DNA of 63,843 nucleotides, filler included, from Craspedostauros australis (GCA_030167865.1; 21 parts of 21 records of this genome joined end to end with filler, not necessarily neighbours in it); one strand, 5' to 3'. Shown: positions 23,107 through 35,490, numbered from the whole stretch's first letter. Made by a program: numbers and translations. Notes: generated from the sequence alone by a model not told the origin.

Positions 23107-25446
23107 TGGAGGTGGTTGTAAGGGTCATAATTTCATAACTGGTCAGCCTCGTTCACCCCGATTTCAAGTCACGGCCATCAGTCCCGTAGTCAATTCTGCC
23201 CCCAAGACTAAATCAGTGCCCGTCAATCCATTGATTCCTTCCCTACATCACCATTTCTCTGCACGGCCACTTTCGTCGTATCACCCCGTTCAGGATTGTC
23301 ATGTCATCATTTGCGGATTGTTAAGATAAGCATTATGTACATCCTATTATATTGTGGAGAGTATAGTATACTTCTCATACCATAGGATGAGTCACTGTGC
23401 TCCATTGTATTATATAATATTATGCTGCATAGTTAGTGTTCGCAAGTGTTGCTGTTGCCGTGAACGTGTGTGGACATGTAGGGATGCCACAAACAACACT
23501 GTGCTACTTGACACAATGCACACAAGGGAGGAAGCACACAGCAGAGCCCAATCGTCCACAATGTGAGGAATCAACGCAACACCAAAGCTCTCACAACATC
23601 ACAACCCACACTGTTGGATACCATCGCAGTCTGATATCGACCAAAAGCGATGGCATCATGTCTGTCCACAGTGAGCACAAGCCATGTACTTGTGTTGTAA
23701 GAGCTATCTAAATATATCTAACCCTAATGGACAACATGCCACATAGATTGCTAAAAATGTTATGTTGTCCAATTCATGATTGGCAGGATGATACTTGACC
23801 TCGACGAATGGGGCTGTATGCTTACACATCCACAGCTTCAGTTTCGCACATCTCTTGCTGCTTCACACATTCACAAATACATGTGTCTTGCCCACGTGCA
23901 GTTTTCAACTTCCATATACCAGGTGGATGTGTATGTTTGTACATATGTGTTGCTCCTCACCATCCGCAGTTCATCTCCATACTATTCACTTTGCGTTGCC
24001 ACTATCCTGCTTCCCCCATCTTCCTTTCTCCATTGGCTGTGCTGCTGGTGTCCACTCCTTCATTCATTGAATGCTCAATGTACCTATCCCAACTGTCGCA
24101 GCATTCACTGCAATTGTTTGCTTGCCAATTGTCTCATTGTCAATGCTTTGATGATACAAATGGCCATTGTAGCTTCCCACTTGCACCTTCTTTGCTTCTG
24201 GGTATCGTTGATGCATTCCACATCTTCCTTTGCTTTCTTCTCAAGAGCCATCACTTTGTATGTCAGGTTGCAATTGTCATCCATATTCCCTGTTTTGCAA
24301 GAGTGCTCTTCCATTGCCTCAACTTCAGCCTCTGCCATGTCCATTGCTCTCCACATCCTCCAAGATCTCTTCCAACCTTCCAACGAAGGCAGATCCTACC
24401 AGAAATGGTTCTTCAATGCTGACTTGAAAGTCAGATACTTCATTGCAATGGCAGTGACATTGATGTAGTCGAACTTACAACTATTGAAACGGAGACGGTA
24501 GTTGGGTATAAGTTTGTATCTAATGCAATGTTTGACAGATTGTGTCTGTTTCATGTTGTTTCGCTCTGATGTCCTTTTCTCTGTGTTGCACCTTTCGTGC
24601 TCGTTTCTGTGGCTGTTGTTGCTCGCTGCTGTTCATGACTCACTCGAGCCCTCGTGACTGGTTTCGCTCCAACAACAACAGCGAATATCAGATGGTCGTG
24701 GTGGCGCCGTGGCTCGCGGATCAATGGGCAACGCTTCGATGCCGGGATCTAGCACTTCAGCCAATCGATCGAACGATGGCCTGGTGAGTCCGATGAAGTT
24801 GTAGAACTCCATGAAGTCGCCATGCTCTCAAATCAAAGACCAGAAAGATAGCGCTTGATGATGGAAGATGCCGGAGCTGAGGTACCAACCCCTTCGCACA
24901 CTTGTAGGCATAGTGTCAAGGATGCAGTGTGCCACAGCACACATGAGGAGGTGCTGCTGTGCAGCAAGATGCTCAAGAACAACAAGGATGATGGCAATCA
25001 AGGCAGCCTGGCGCTGGCGATGATGGTGGGAAGATATGATCCGCTGGAGTTCATCAGATGATAAATACAGAGGTACACTAGGTGCATCTAAAGAAGGAGT
25101 TAAATTGCAACAGAAAGTTGCGATGCAACGGGTGGGAACGAATAATCAATTTGCAGTAGAGCACATCGGATCAATCTGGTGTGAGCACAAAGTTTCGCTC
25201 CGATGTAGCCGTTGAGAACGAATTTTGGACTACCACGACTCGTCAGAGAGATTATGAAATTATGAACGGTCTCCGAGGAGCGTTCATATTCGCGGACAAT
25301 GAGTTCATAATAATTTCGATTGACGTTATGTCGACGTTGACCCCCAATTCAGTGAGGAGCCAAAAGGTATCTTGTGCCCTAAATGAAGCGATATGATTGG
25401 CCGAGAGGCCCAGATTATGAAATTATGACCCTTACAACCACCTCCA
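23107..25446. mobile_element. ~2.34 kb non-autonomous TIR element
   Basis: Perfect 32-bp inverted repeats TGGAGGTGGTTGTAAGGGTCATAATTTCATAA at 23107-23138 and 25415-25446; no transposase recognised inside. The right flank is a gap, so the TSD is unreadable. Confidence 0.8.
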
Positions 25447-25600
25447 NNNNNNNNNNNNNNNNNNNNNNNNNNNNNNNNNNNNNNNNNNNNTTAATTAATT
25501 AANNNNNNNNNNNNNNNNNNNNNNNNNNNNNNNNNNNNNNNNNNNNTCGTCTCTCGTCACACTCCCTTGTCTCGCTCTTGCACTCATCTCTTCTGTCCCA

Positions 25601-25751
25601 TTAATCCATGGTTGATCTCAACTGAATGATACTCCCTTTGTGTCTATCGTAGATCTCCTTCTTTGTGTTCTTGGTGAAGCCATCTGCGATGTTGTCCTCT
25701 GAGCGCACAAACTGAATTCGTGCCTCTCCGTTGTCTATCAGCTCCCGAGTG
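25601..25751 (-). mobile_element. Second copy of the copia RNase H 3' end
   Basis: TRELIDNGEARIQFVRSEDNIADGFTKN...STMD*, near-identical to 26283-26433 with a few SNPs. Confidence 0.85.
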
Positions 25752-25801
25752 NNNNNNNNNNNNNNNNNNNNNNNNNNNNNNNNNNNNNNNNNNNNNNNNN
25801 N

Positions 25802-26197
25802 GGGATCGCCTCTGTTTCGCTTTCTCACATTAGGTTCTCAGGGACGCGTCGACTTGTTCAGATATATTGGTTGTCGCGCTCATTCAATTCACTCAGGGCT
25901 GGTGTGTTGCCATCGTCATAGATCTCTCGGTTCCCGACCGTTATCGGGACATGGCCGAGTAGGCCACTGGATGAGGGTGNTTGGATGTCGCATAAGACAG
26001 GTAAGGCCATTGGGCTGTCCGAGTGCAACTGGTCGATTGCTAGGTTGCGGTTTGTCTGGGAGATGCTATTGGGGTTGCGGCAATCATGGGTATCTTTGCA
26101 CTTAATACCATTCCGGTTCCAGTCAGTCCTCATGGGAGCTGCGGCAGAATACGGTATCTTTGCAAAGTCGTACCCCCGATTCCTGACACCCTTCCAT
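25802..26197 (-). mobile_element. Polypurine tract and 3' LTR of the adjacent copia element
   Basis: About 90 nt after the RNase H stop the minus strand reads ATGGAAGGG|TGTCAGG (PPT 26197-26189, LTR starting TG at 26188). The LTR end is hidden by a gap. Confidence 0.6.
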
Positions 26198-26282
26198 TGT
26201 CGCACCACCATACTCATTCACACACAAATCGTCTCTCGTCACACTTCCTTGTCTCGCTCTTGCACTCATCCCTTCTGTCCCA

Positions 26283-27376
26283 TCAATCCATGGTCGATCT
26301 CAACTGAATGATGCTCCCTTTGTGTCTATCGTAGATCTCCTTCTTTGTGTTCTTGGTGAAGCCGTCTGCGATGTTGTCTTCTGAGCGCACAAATTGGATT
26401 CGTGCCTCTCCGTTGTCTATCAGCTCCCGAGTGAAATGATGTCGTATGTCGATGTGTCTCGTCCGCGCTGATGTCGACGGATTGGAGGCGATGAAGATAG
26501 CTCCCACATTGTCCACATACACATCCACTGGTTTGGTCATCGTCAAGCCGATGTCCTCCATTAGTTGCGTAAGGAAGCGAATCTCTTTTCCTGCTTCTGA
26601 TAGGGCGACGTATTCCGCCTCTGTTGAGCTGAGAGTTACACTTCGTTGTGCCTTCGATCTCCATACGATGGGCACCCCTTGCAGTAGGACGAGATTTCCC
26701 CCGACGCTGATCCGGTTGTCCTTGTCTCCCGCAAACTCACTGTCTGCGTAGATCTCGATCTTCCATGTGTCGTTCTCCAATGGGGTTGGTTGCATTCGTA
26801 GTCCGTATTCCCTCGTGTCCGATACGAACTTCATTACTCGCAGCATCTCCTTGTATGCTGCAGCTGATGGTCCGTCCAGCACCTTAGTAAGTTCGCGCAC
26901 CGCATTCGCAATGTCTGGTCGCGAGTGCTTCACCAAGTAGAGCAGCATACCTACTCCACTTCGGTATCTGCTGTGTCGGTCACTGTTCACTTTGGGTAGG
27001 TCGCTGTTTCTCTGGATACCCTGTCCTGGTGTTCCTGGAGTTCCGTATCGTTGTAGAGTCAGCACGTCATCCTTGAATGTATCGATGATGTTCTTGATGA
27101 TGTGTGGCTGGTTCACCCAGCAGTTCGACTGGTTGTTGTTGAAGATGATCTTGCAGCTGAGGTAGTCTTCGAGGTCGTTCTCCACCTTGATTCCGAATTG
27201 CTCAGCTTTGATGTCGATGGTCAGTTGCTTCAACTCCTCCTTTTCTCCGATGCATAGGCAGTCGTCGACGTAGGTGCCTATCAGCAGTAGTTTCCCTTCC
27301 TGATTCCGAATCAGAAGGCATGGATCCACTTTGCTCTGTCGAAATCCCAGCTTGAGTAGAATGTCGACCAGCTTTT
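26283..27376 (-). mobile_element. Ty1/copia reverse transcriptase and RNase H
   Basis: DPCL, TYVDDCL, YRSGVGMLLYLVKHSRPDIANAVREL, YADSEFAGD, VTLSSTEAEYVALSE, VDNVGAI, HIDIRHHF, NIADGFTK; uninterrupted ORF. Confidence 0.97.
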
Positions 27377-27911
27377 NNNNNNNNNNNNNNNNNNNNNNNN
27401 NNNNNNNNNNNNNNNNNNNNTTAATTAATTAANNNNNNNNNNNNNNNNNNNNNNNNNNNNNNNNNNNNNNNNNNNNCGGTTCCATCATGGTTCGAAGATC
27501 GACTTGGCGTCTTCTACTTGTCTCATACTCGACAATACACTGCATGCCATGGTCGATGCCCGATCCAGTTTTGGTGTCTTGATCGAAAATGTGGGTGTGG
27601 TGTGGGAGTTGTTGTTGTGATTTTGGCGCACCTCGGTCGAATCTGATTGGATGGGAATCATCAATGGTTCAGTGTAAATGTCGTTTGTTGCTCACGAGGA
27701 TGAACGACATTTAACAAACGAACAACGAAGAACCAAAGTATGTCCGAAAATCAAGAAAACAACACGANNNNNNNNNNNNNNNNNNNNNNNNNNNNNNNNN
27801 NNNNNNNNNNNNNNNNNNNGATCACAAATGACAGATTCATGGACCAGCCACCAATCTCCGACGCACCAATCAAAAGCAACAGGCAGAACAGAATGTCCGC
27901 CCCATACAAGC

Positions 27912-27980
27912 TCACATCACACATCACACATCACACATCACACATCACACATCACACATCACACACCACACACCACACAC
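27912..27980. repeat. (CACAT)n microsatellite
   Basis: Visible imperfect tandem of CACAT/CACACAT. Confidence 0.9.
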
Positions 27981-28669
27981 CCAACGACTGTACTCTTGCC
28001 CATTCACTGCGGATACTTCAATCGTCGCATCTGAGACGATCGGNNNNNNNNNNNNNNNNNNNNNNNNNNNNNNNNNNNNNNNNNNNNNNNNNNNNNNNNN
28101 NNNNNNNNNNNNNNNACGAAGAACAGATCGATTGTATTCAACCGTGTTGCGTTCGGCCACCAGGGACGTAATCATGATACACACTCGATCGTCTCTCACA
28201 ATGCCAAGGCAAATGATGAGAAATTGAGGCTACAACCGATGAGAATAAAAAGAAAAAATCAATAGAGAATGAATGGACAGACGGATTGATGTAGCACTCG
28301 TTGCTCTCTCTCTCTCTCTCTCTTGCACTTGCTCTCTCGTTGTGTTGGCGCCGCGTCACACTCACTCTTTCGCCAGAATAAAAATCGCAGATGGTTNNNN
28401 NNNNNNNNNNNNNNNNCAACCACGTATGCACCAATGAGCGACCGTTGAACTGTTGCTGCCGATCTCGACACAAACACATCCCTCATGCTGTTGTGAACGA
28501 ATGTGCATGTGTCATTTTGGTTTGTTGTGTGTTGTTGCTGCTGTCTGCTGTGTTCTCCTATCTGCAATGTCAGTGCAACGCTCAGTGCTCCCCAACATCG
28601 AGATCATTCAGAATCATCCGTGCCTTCCCCCCACCCACATCGTCCGTCAGCCACCATCGCTATCGCANC

Positions 28670-29189
28670 ATGACCCGTCCACGCGAGGATTCGAGCAGCG
28701 ACCCCAATCCATCCCAATCAAAGGTGCAACGTCAAACAGCAACTGCTGACACATCCATCTATCACCAACCACCTCATGGGGACTACGCATCGTACCAATA
28801 CTCTGCACATGTTGGACCAAACCACCATGGCAGCGTTCACAGTCCTCCTCTCCCCATGGTTGCGAATCATCATGTCCCTCCCAACATACAACCTCCTTCC
28901 TTTTGCATCCCCAGCTACATTGGTACAGGCGTGGGTGGTCTACCATACTCTACATTCCATCCCAACAACAGCATGGAAACTCCAACATCTGACTACATGG
29001 GTCCCAACTGCTTTGGTATCATGCCTTGCAAGCAATGTCTGACCCTGTTCTGCAGTCACTGCAGTAGGCCACCATTTTGCCCAAACTGTGCGTCATCCAT
29101 CAGCAGAGGTGCACGTCACACAGGTGTGAATGCCTTTGTACCACAGGCCAATTCGTTCTCCATTGGGACTTGTGGTGATGCTGCTGCGC
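28670..29189 (+). CDS. Hypothetical protein 5' part: Pro/His-rich region with three CxxC pairs
   Basis: MTRPREDSSSDPNPS...CKQCLTLFCSHCSRPPFCPNC; open to the scaffold end. Confidence 0.45.
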
Positions 29190-29289
29190 NNNNNNNNNNN
29201 NNNNNNNNNNNNNNNNNNNNNNNNNNNNNNNNNTTAATTAATTAANNNNNNNNNNNNNNNNNNNNNNNNNNNNNNNNNNNNNNNNNNNN

Positions 29290-32200
29290 GAGGCGCATCT
29301 GCAGCTCCTGCAGGTATTTGTTGGTACCTGCATCCTCTGACTCCGTCCTGTTGTTGCATGGCTGAGAAGTGTTTGCAGGTGCGGACGGCTGTGCTTGGTC
29401 TTGTTTGACCAGCATTCTCCGGAGGTCCGCAGCAGTGATCTTTTCCCTCCTGGATGCTGGATATCTTTTGGTGTGGATTGATTTCAGCATTGTTGTAGTC
29501 ATGAGGCAGTATCGTCGATGAAACTTGCACTTCATTTGTAGGATCTTCTTCAGTTTTGATAGCAACGTGCCCAGTCCACGAGAGTTGTTGTCACCATAGA
29601 AGAGCCCGACCAATGCTCGGATTTCTTCCTCAGCTGCTGCTTGAGACAACACACTGTGGTCACAGAGTAATGCATGTAGCAGTATCTGCTCATCCGACAG
29701 TGTGTTGCCTGGAGCTGAATCATCCTCATGAGAGGCACTGGTGGCACTGTCCGAGTCAGGAACCGATTCTGCACGTTTGCTCAACGCGTCGAGCATCTTC
29801 TCTTCCAAAGCAGCCNAGTCGATGCTGTTCTCTGTCAGCGCCTTGTACACCGAATGGGCCCTGTCGTTGATCTTCCGCATTTTCTTAGTTCGATCAAGGT
29901 CTCCCAATTTTGCGCCATGGTCGATCCCAAGATACTCTGCAACTGTCTTCCATGCTGCAATATCGAAGGTGCTCATGTTGGCTCTGTCAACCCACTCCTC
30001 TGATTGAAGAATAGTCGAAATGAGCTTGTATGTTGATGAGCTTGTGAGTGCNNNNNNNNNNNNNNNNNNNNNNNNNNNNNNNNNNNNNNNNNNNNNNNNN
30101 NACGTTGGGCACATGTCAGTCCCTCAACCTGAAGGTCGTGGATGTGTGACGACCATCTTGCCTTGGCCGCTTCCCGTCGGCGCCTTAATTCCTCTGTGGC
30201 AACGTGGACCTGGGTCATGGCATCTCGTCTTTCGTCTCCACCTTCAGCTGCAAGGAAGAGATGATCAGCATGCGCCAAATTCCTCTCTCCTTCTTGCACT
30301 GCATGGGATGTACCATAGTTGTAGGCAAATGGCACGAAGTATTGGGGAAAGGAAGACGTCCTCAGGTCTGCATCAGGAGGAGCGTCGACAAGGTTGTTGT
30401 ACAGCTTCTCGTCCGCAAAGTTCACAAGAGTCAGGTCCCACTCAAAGCCACCCCTCTTGGTTTCAACCCCAACCACCATCTTTCCGTTGTCCCTCATGGC
30501 ATGGCATGTCAATACCTTGTTTGTTATCTTGTCAGTGGAAGCAATCCAAACGTACGGTATCCCTTTCATCCAAAGATCCATTTGACCTTTCGGTCTCCGT
30601 TCACGTTGACCAAAATCAAATGGGAGGTATCCGTCATGCTTGTGGGTGCTGAGGATATCAGCTCCAACTTCGATGAGGTTCTTGACTATCTCTTTGCAGC
30701 TGTAGCCTCGATCGAATAAGACAGTGACATCCTCCAGCCACATCATTCCCTTCCCAAGCTGCTGCTTGATGGCATCCAGTGTCAACTTTGTGTCTCCACC
30801 TTGAGATTTCCTGAGCCAGAACAGACCACATGGCATACCCGAACAGGTGAATGCCATTGTGTTGGCAACAAGGCTGAGAAAGAATAGAAGGAGAGTGGAA
30901 TGCAAGAAAAGAAAATAGGTTGAGAGTATGGATACAACTGACTGGAACTTCACAGAGAAACGAAACACACGGCCAACTCAACCATTGTGATGATCATCGC
31001 ACACGTACCCAAACCGATTTTTTTGGATGTGTCGTACTCTGCGAAGGTTGCTCTTGCTGCCACGACTTCCGCATTGGACTTTGTCATCGTCAAGGGTGAT
31101 GTACCTCTCGGATGTCATGTTTTGTAGCACCATGTGATCGAGGACTTCATTGCAGCACTTCTCCAGAGTGAACCATAGGTAAGTTGGTCGGTCACTTTCT
31201 GGTACTTNNNNNNNNNNNNNNNNNNNNNNNNNNNNNNNNNNNNNNNNNNNNNNNNNNNNNNNNNNNNNNNNNNNNNNNNNNNNNNNNNNNNNNNNNNNNN
31301 NNNNNNNNNNNNNNNNNNNNNNNNNNNNNNNNNNNNNNNNNNNNNNNNNNNNNNNNNNNNNNNNNNNNNNNNNNNNNNNNNNNCTTGAACCCCATGCCCA
31401 ACCCTGCTGGACCAAAGGCTGAAGAGAAGATGATGGAGTGGTCTCCGAAGACAAACTTTGTGAAGTCGTCTGTGGTTGGGTTGTGTTTCTTGGTGTTGAG
31501 TACTGCACGAGCACGAATCTGAAGAACCTCAGCCACCATGAGCTTGTGGCAAAGCCGCTGTGCAGNNNNNNNNNNNNNNNNNNNNNNNNNNNNNNNNNNN
31601 NNNNNNNNNNNNNNNNNNNNNNNNNNNNNNNNNNNNNNNNNNNNNNNNNTGTCATGGAGAGTCTGCGAAGGCAAAGTGACAAGGTAGCCATCATTGCCAT
31701 TTTCATCTCCATTACCGTTGTCATCTCCATTGCTTATGCTGTCAATATTGCAGCCAACATTGCCATTGATATCATTGTCGGAGTTGGTGTTGGCATTGTT
31801 GTGGTTGACATTGTTGTGGTTGACATTGTTGTTGCTGGTGTTGTCGTCGCCACTGTTGAGGCATACACCGAGGCCAGTGGCAACACCAATCAAGGATTGG
31901 TTTGGCGCAACTGAAATATGTTGAGGTGGACTCTGGGACACTTGATGGATGTCACCATCAACAGGTGCGGTGGCTGACTGTGGATTTGGGTCCTGTGTTG
32001 CATTATGCATGCTGAATGCGCCAGTGCTGACACCCTGCCCATTGTTGCTCGCATTGCTGATGCTGTCCGTCACTGGGGTGGAAGTTGATCGAGCATGCTG
32101 CTGTTGGTTTGGTGAGTTGTTTGCATTGATGATGCTCTCCATTGCTGGAGTGGAAGTTGATCGAGCATGGTGCCGTTGCTTTGGTGAGTTGTTCGCATTG

Positions 32201-34650
32201 CTGATGCTGTCCGTCACTGGGGTGGAAGTTGATCGAGCATGCTGCTGTTGGTTTGGTGAGTTGTTTGCATTGATGATGCACTCCATTGCTGGAGTGGAAG
32301 TTGATCGAGCATGGTGCCGTTGCTTTGGTGAGTTGTTCGCATTGATGATGCTGTCCGTCACTGGAGTGGAAGTTGATCGAGCATGCTGCCATTGGTTTGG
32401 TGAGTTGTTTGCATTGATGATGCTGCCCGTCACTGGGGTGGAAGTTGATCGAGCATGCTGCCGTTGGTTTGGTGAGCTGTTCGCATTGATGATGCTCTCC
32501 ATTGCTGGAGTGGAAGTTGATCGAGCACGGTGCCGTTGGCTTTGTGAGTTGCGCGCATTGCTGATGCTGTCCGTCACTGGGGTGGAAGTTGATCGAGCAT
32601 GCTGCCGTTGGTTTGTTGAGTTGCGCGCATTGCTGATGCTGTCCGTCACTGGAGTGGAAGTTGATCGGGCATGCTGCCGTTGGTTTGGTGAGTTGTTCGC
32701 ATTGATGATGCTCTCCATCACTGGGGTGGAAGTTGATCGAGCATGGTGCTGTTGGTTTTGTGAGTTGCGCGCATTGCTGATGCTGCCCGTCACTGGGGTG
32801 GAAGTTGATCGAGCATGGTGCCGTTGCTTTGGTGAGTTGTTCGCATTGATGATGCTGTCCGTCACTGGAGTGGAAGTTGATCGAGTGCGCTGCTGTTGGT
32901 TTTGTGAGTTGCGCGCATTGATGCTCTCCGTCAGTGGGGTGGAAGTTGATCGAGTGTGCTGCTGTTGGTTTGGTGAGTTGTTTGCATTGATGATGCTGCC
33001 CGTCACTGGAGTGGAAGTTGATCGAGTGCGCTGCTGTTGGTTTGGTGAGTTGCGTGCATCGATGATGTTCTCCGTCACTGGGGTGGAAGTTGATCGAATG
33101 TGCTGCCGTTGGTTTGTTGAGTTGCGCGCATTGATGCTCTCCGTCAGTGGGGTGGAAGTTGATCGAGTGTGCTGCTGTTGGTTTTGTGAGTTGTTTGCAT
33201 TGCTGATGCTGTCCGTCACTGGGGTGGAAGTTGATCGAGTGCGCTGCTGTTGGTTTTGTGAGTTGCGCGCATTGATGGTGCTGTCCATCACTGGAGTGGA
33301 AGTTGATCGAGTGTGCTGCTGTTGGTTTTGTGAGTTGCTCGCATTGCTGATGCTGTCCGTCACTGGAGTGGAAGTTGATCGAGCATGCTGCCGTTGGTTT
33401 GGTGAGTTGCGCATATTGCTGATGCTGTCCATTACTGGAGTGGAAGTTGATCGAGTACGCTGCCGTTGGTTTGTTGAGTTGCTTGCATTGCTGATGCTGT
33501 CCGTCACTGGAGTGGAAGTTGATCGAGCATGCTGCCNNNNNNNNNNNNNNNNNNNNNNNNNNNNNNNNNNNNNNNNNNNNNNNNNNATTGCTGATGCTGT
33601 CCATTACTGGAGTGGAAGTTGATTGAGCACGCTGCCGTTGGTTTGGTGAGTTGTTTGCATTGATGATGCTCTCCATCGCTGGGGTGGAAGTTGATCGAGC
33701 ATGCTGCCGTTGGTTTTGTGAGTTGTTTGCATTGCTGATGCTGTCCGTCAGTGGGGTGGAAGTTGATCGAGTGCGCAGCTGTTGGTTTGGTGAGTTGTTT
33801 GCATTGCTGATGCTCTCCATTGCTGGGGTGGAAGTTGATCGAGTGTGCTGATGTTGGTTTTGTGAGTTGCGCGCATTGATGGTGCTGTCCATCACTGGGG
33901 TGGAAGTTGATCGAGCATGGTGCCGTTGGTTTTGTGAGTTGCGCGCATTGCTGATGCTGCCCGTCACTGGGGTGGAAGTTGATCGAGCACGGTGCTGTTG
34001 GTTTGGTGAGTTGCGCGCATTGCTGATGCTCTCCATTGCTGGGGTGGAAGTTGATCGAGCACGGTGCTGTTGGTTTGGTGAGTTGTTTGCATTGCTGATG
34101 CTGCCCGTCACTGGGGTGGAAGTTGACTGAGCACGGTGCTGTTGGTTTGTTGAGTTGCGCGCATTGCTGATGCTCTCCGTCAGTGGGGTGGAAGTTGATC
34201 AAGTGTGCTGCTGTTGGTTTGGTGAGTTGTTTGCATTGCTGATGCTCTCCATCGCTGGGGTGGAAGTTGATTGAGCACGGTGCTGTTGGTTTGGTGGGTT
34301 GCGCGCATTGATGATGCTGTCCATCACTGGAGTGGAAGTTGATCGGGCATGCTGCTGTTGGTGTGATGGGTTGCGTGCATTGCTGATGTTCTCAATCGCT
34401 GGAGTGGAAGTTGATCGAGTGTGCTGATGTTGGTTTGGTGAGTTGTTTGCGTTGATGATGCTCCCCATCACTGAAGTGGAAGTTGATCGAGTGCGCTGCT
34501 GTTGGTTTTGTGAGTTGTTTGCATTGCTGATGCTGTCCGTCACTGGGGTGGAAGTTGATGGAGCACGCTGCTGTTGGTGTGATGGGTTGTTTGCATTGAT
34601 GATGCTCTCCATCACTGGGGCGGAAGTTGATCGAGTGTGTTGCTGCTGTT
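29290..34650 (-). mobile_element. Large piggyBac-like transposase gene with a repeat N-terminus, a 135-nt intron and one in-frame stop
   Basis: YITLDDDK and VLFDRGY match the first two catalytic Asp contexts. Intron 31008-30874 (GG|GTACGT...TTTCTCAG|C) joins HIQKNRFG to LVANTMAFTCSGMP in frame. The ORF continues to the scaffold end. Start codon and third Asp not seen; TGA at 34201-34199. Confidence 0.65.
32051..34650 (-). repeat. 72-bp coding minisatellite, ~36 units, encoding RSTSTPVTDSISNANNSPNQQQHA
   Basis: Unit length counted directly. The length variants noticed are 69 bp, which preserves frame. This frame continues into non-repetitive ORF 31192-33507. Confidence 0.95.
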
Positions 34651-35251
34651 TTTTGTGAGAACTGGAAAGAAGGCATGCTTCAATTCTGTTTTGCAACAGC
34701 AGAAGAAGCCAGTGTCATTGCAATGTTGGCATGTGGAAGTGTGGGATGGACAGATTGCAAGTGCATGTTGAACATGTGTTGATGTGGAGGAAGATGGGGA
34801 AGTGATGTGTGCGATGGAGAAACGACGGGGTTGTGGATGTCGTTGGCGAGTGTCCACCGGCAACGGTGAAAGCAACGGAATTGGCGGAACAGGTGTGTGT
34901 GAGTGCATGGAGAACATCAACCCACGATGACAGCAAATGCAAAAGCATGGCAACGGTGTGACACGACCAGGGGGGCGACGCACGACGCATGATCATTGTT
35001 TGTTCAATTCCCACAACTGCAACGATTATTATAAATTTAAGACATGAGGCATGTCGTGAGTCGANNNNNNNNNNNNNNNNNNNNNNNNNNNNNNNNNNNN
35101 NNNNNNNNNNNNNNNNNNNNNNNNAGTCCGTTGAGTCGCAGTTTGTCTGTGGAGACAAATGGACCCCAATTTGCCTGTGGAGACAAATTGCACCTCCAAT
35201 TTGCCTGGGGAGACAAGCCACGTAGGCCAGTACCAGGCCGAAATCATTATG

Positions 35252-35490
35252 GATATTCTGTTCGCCGAGGGGGAAGTTCGCATGCCACCCCCTGAGAAAT
35301 GTCTCTATCAGGTTATGACTCCCTCCTGGGACTGGTCGTGACTGGGTGAGCTGAGTGCGATAACTCTCTAATAGAGGACTTTCGCATTCTGTTCCCCCAG
35401 TCCCGAGCAGTCCCACGAGGGAGTCATAACCTGATAGAGACACTTTTCAGGGGGCGGGATGCGAACTTCCCCCTCGGCGAGCAGAATATC
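35252..35490. repeat. 239-bp imperfect palindrome
   Basis: Arms 35252-35370 and 35372-35490 are reverse complements with no indels, 103/119 matches by hand count, centred on CTCTA-A-TAGAG. Confidence 0.92.

Noticed and set aside
31949..34111. Overlapping Cys-rich ORFs in other frames of the repeat (557 aa on +, CSINFH frame on -)
   Set aside because: Stop-free frames are expected in a 72-bp repeat, and these frames end near the repeat edge. Only the RSTSTP frame continues far into unique coding sequence.
32051..34650. CRISPR-like array (conserved GTGGAAGTTGATCGAG core with variable intervals)
   Set aside because: The intervals are homologous to each other rather than unique spacers, the unit is codon-phased, there are no cas genes and the context is eukaryotic.
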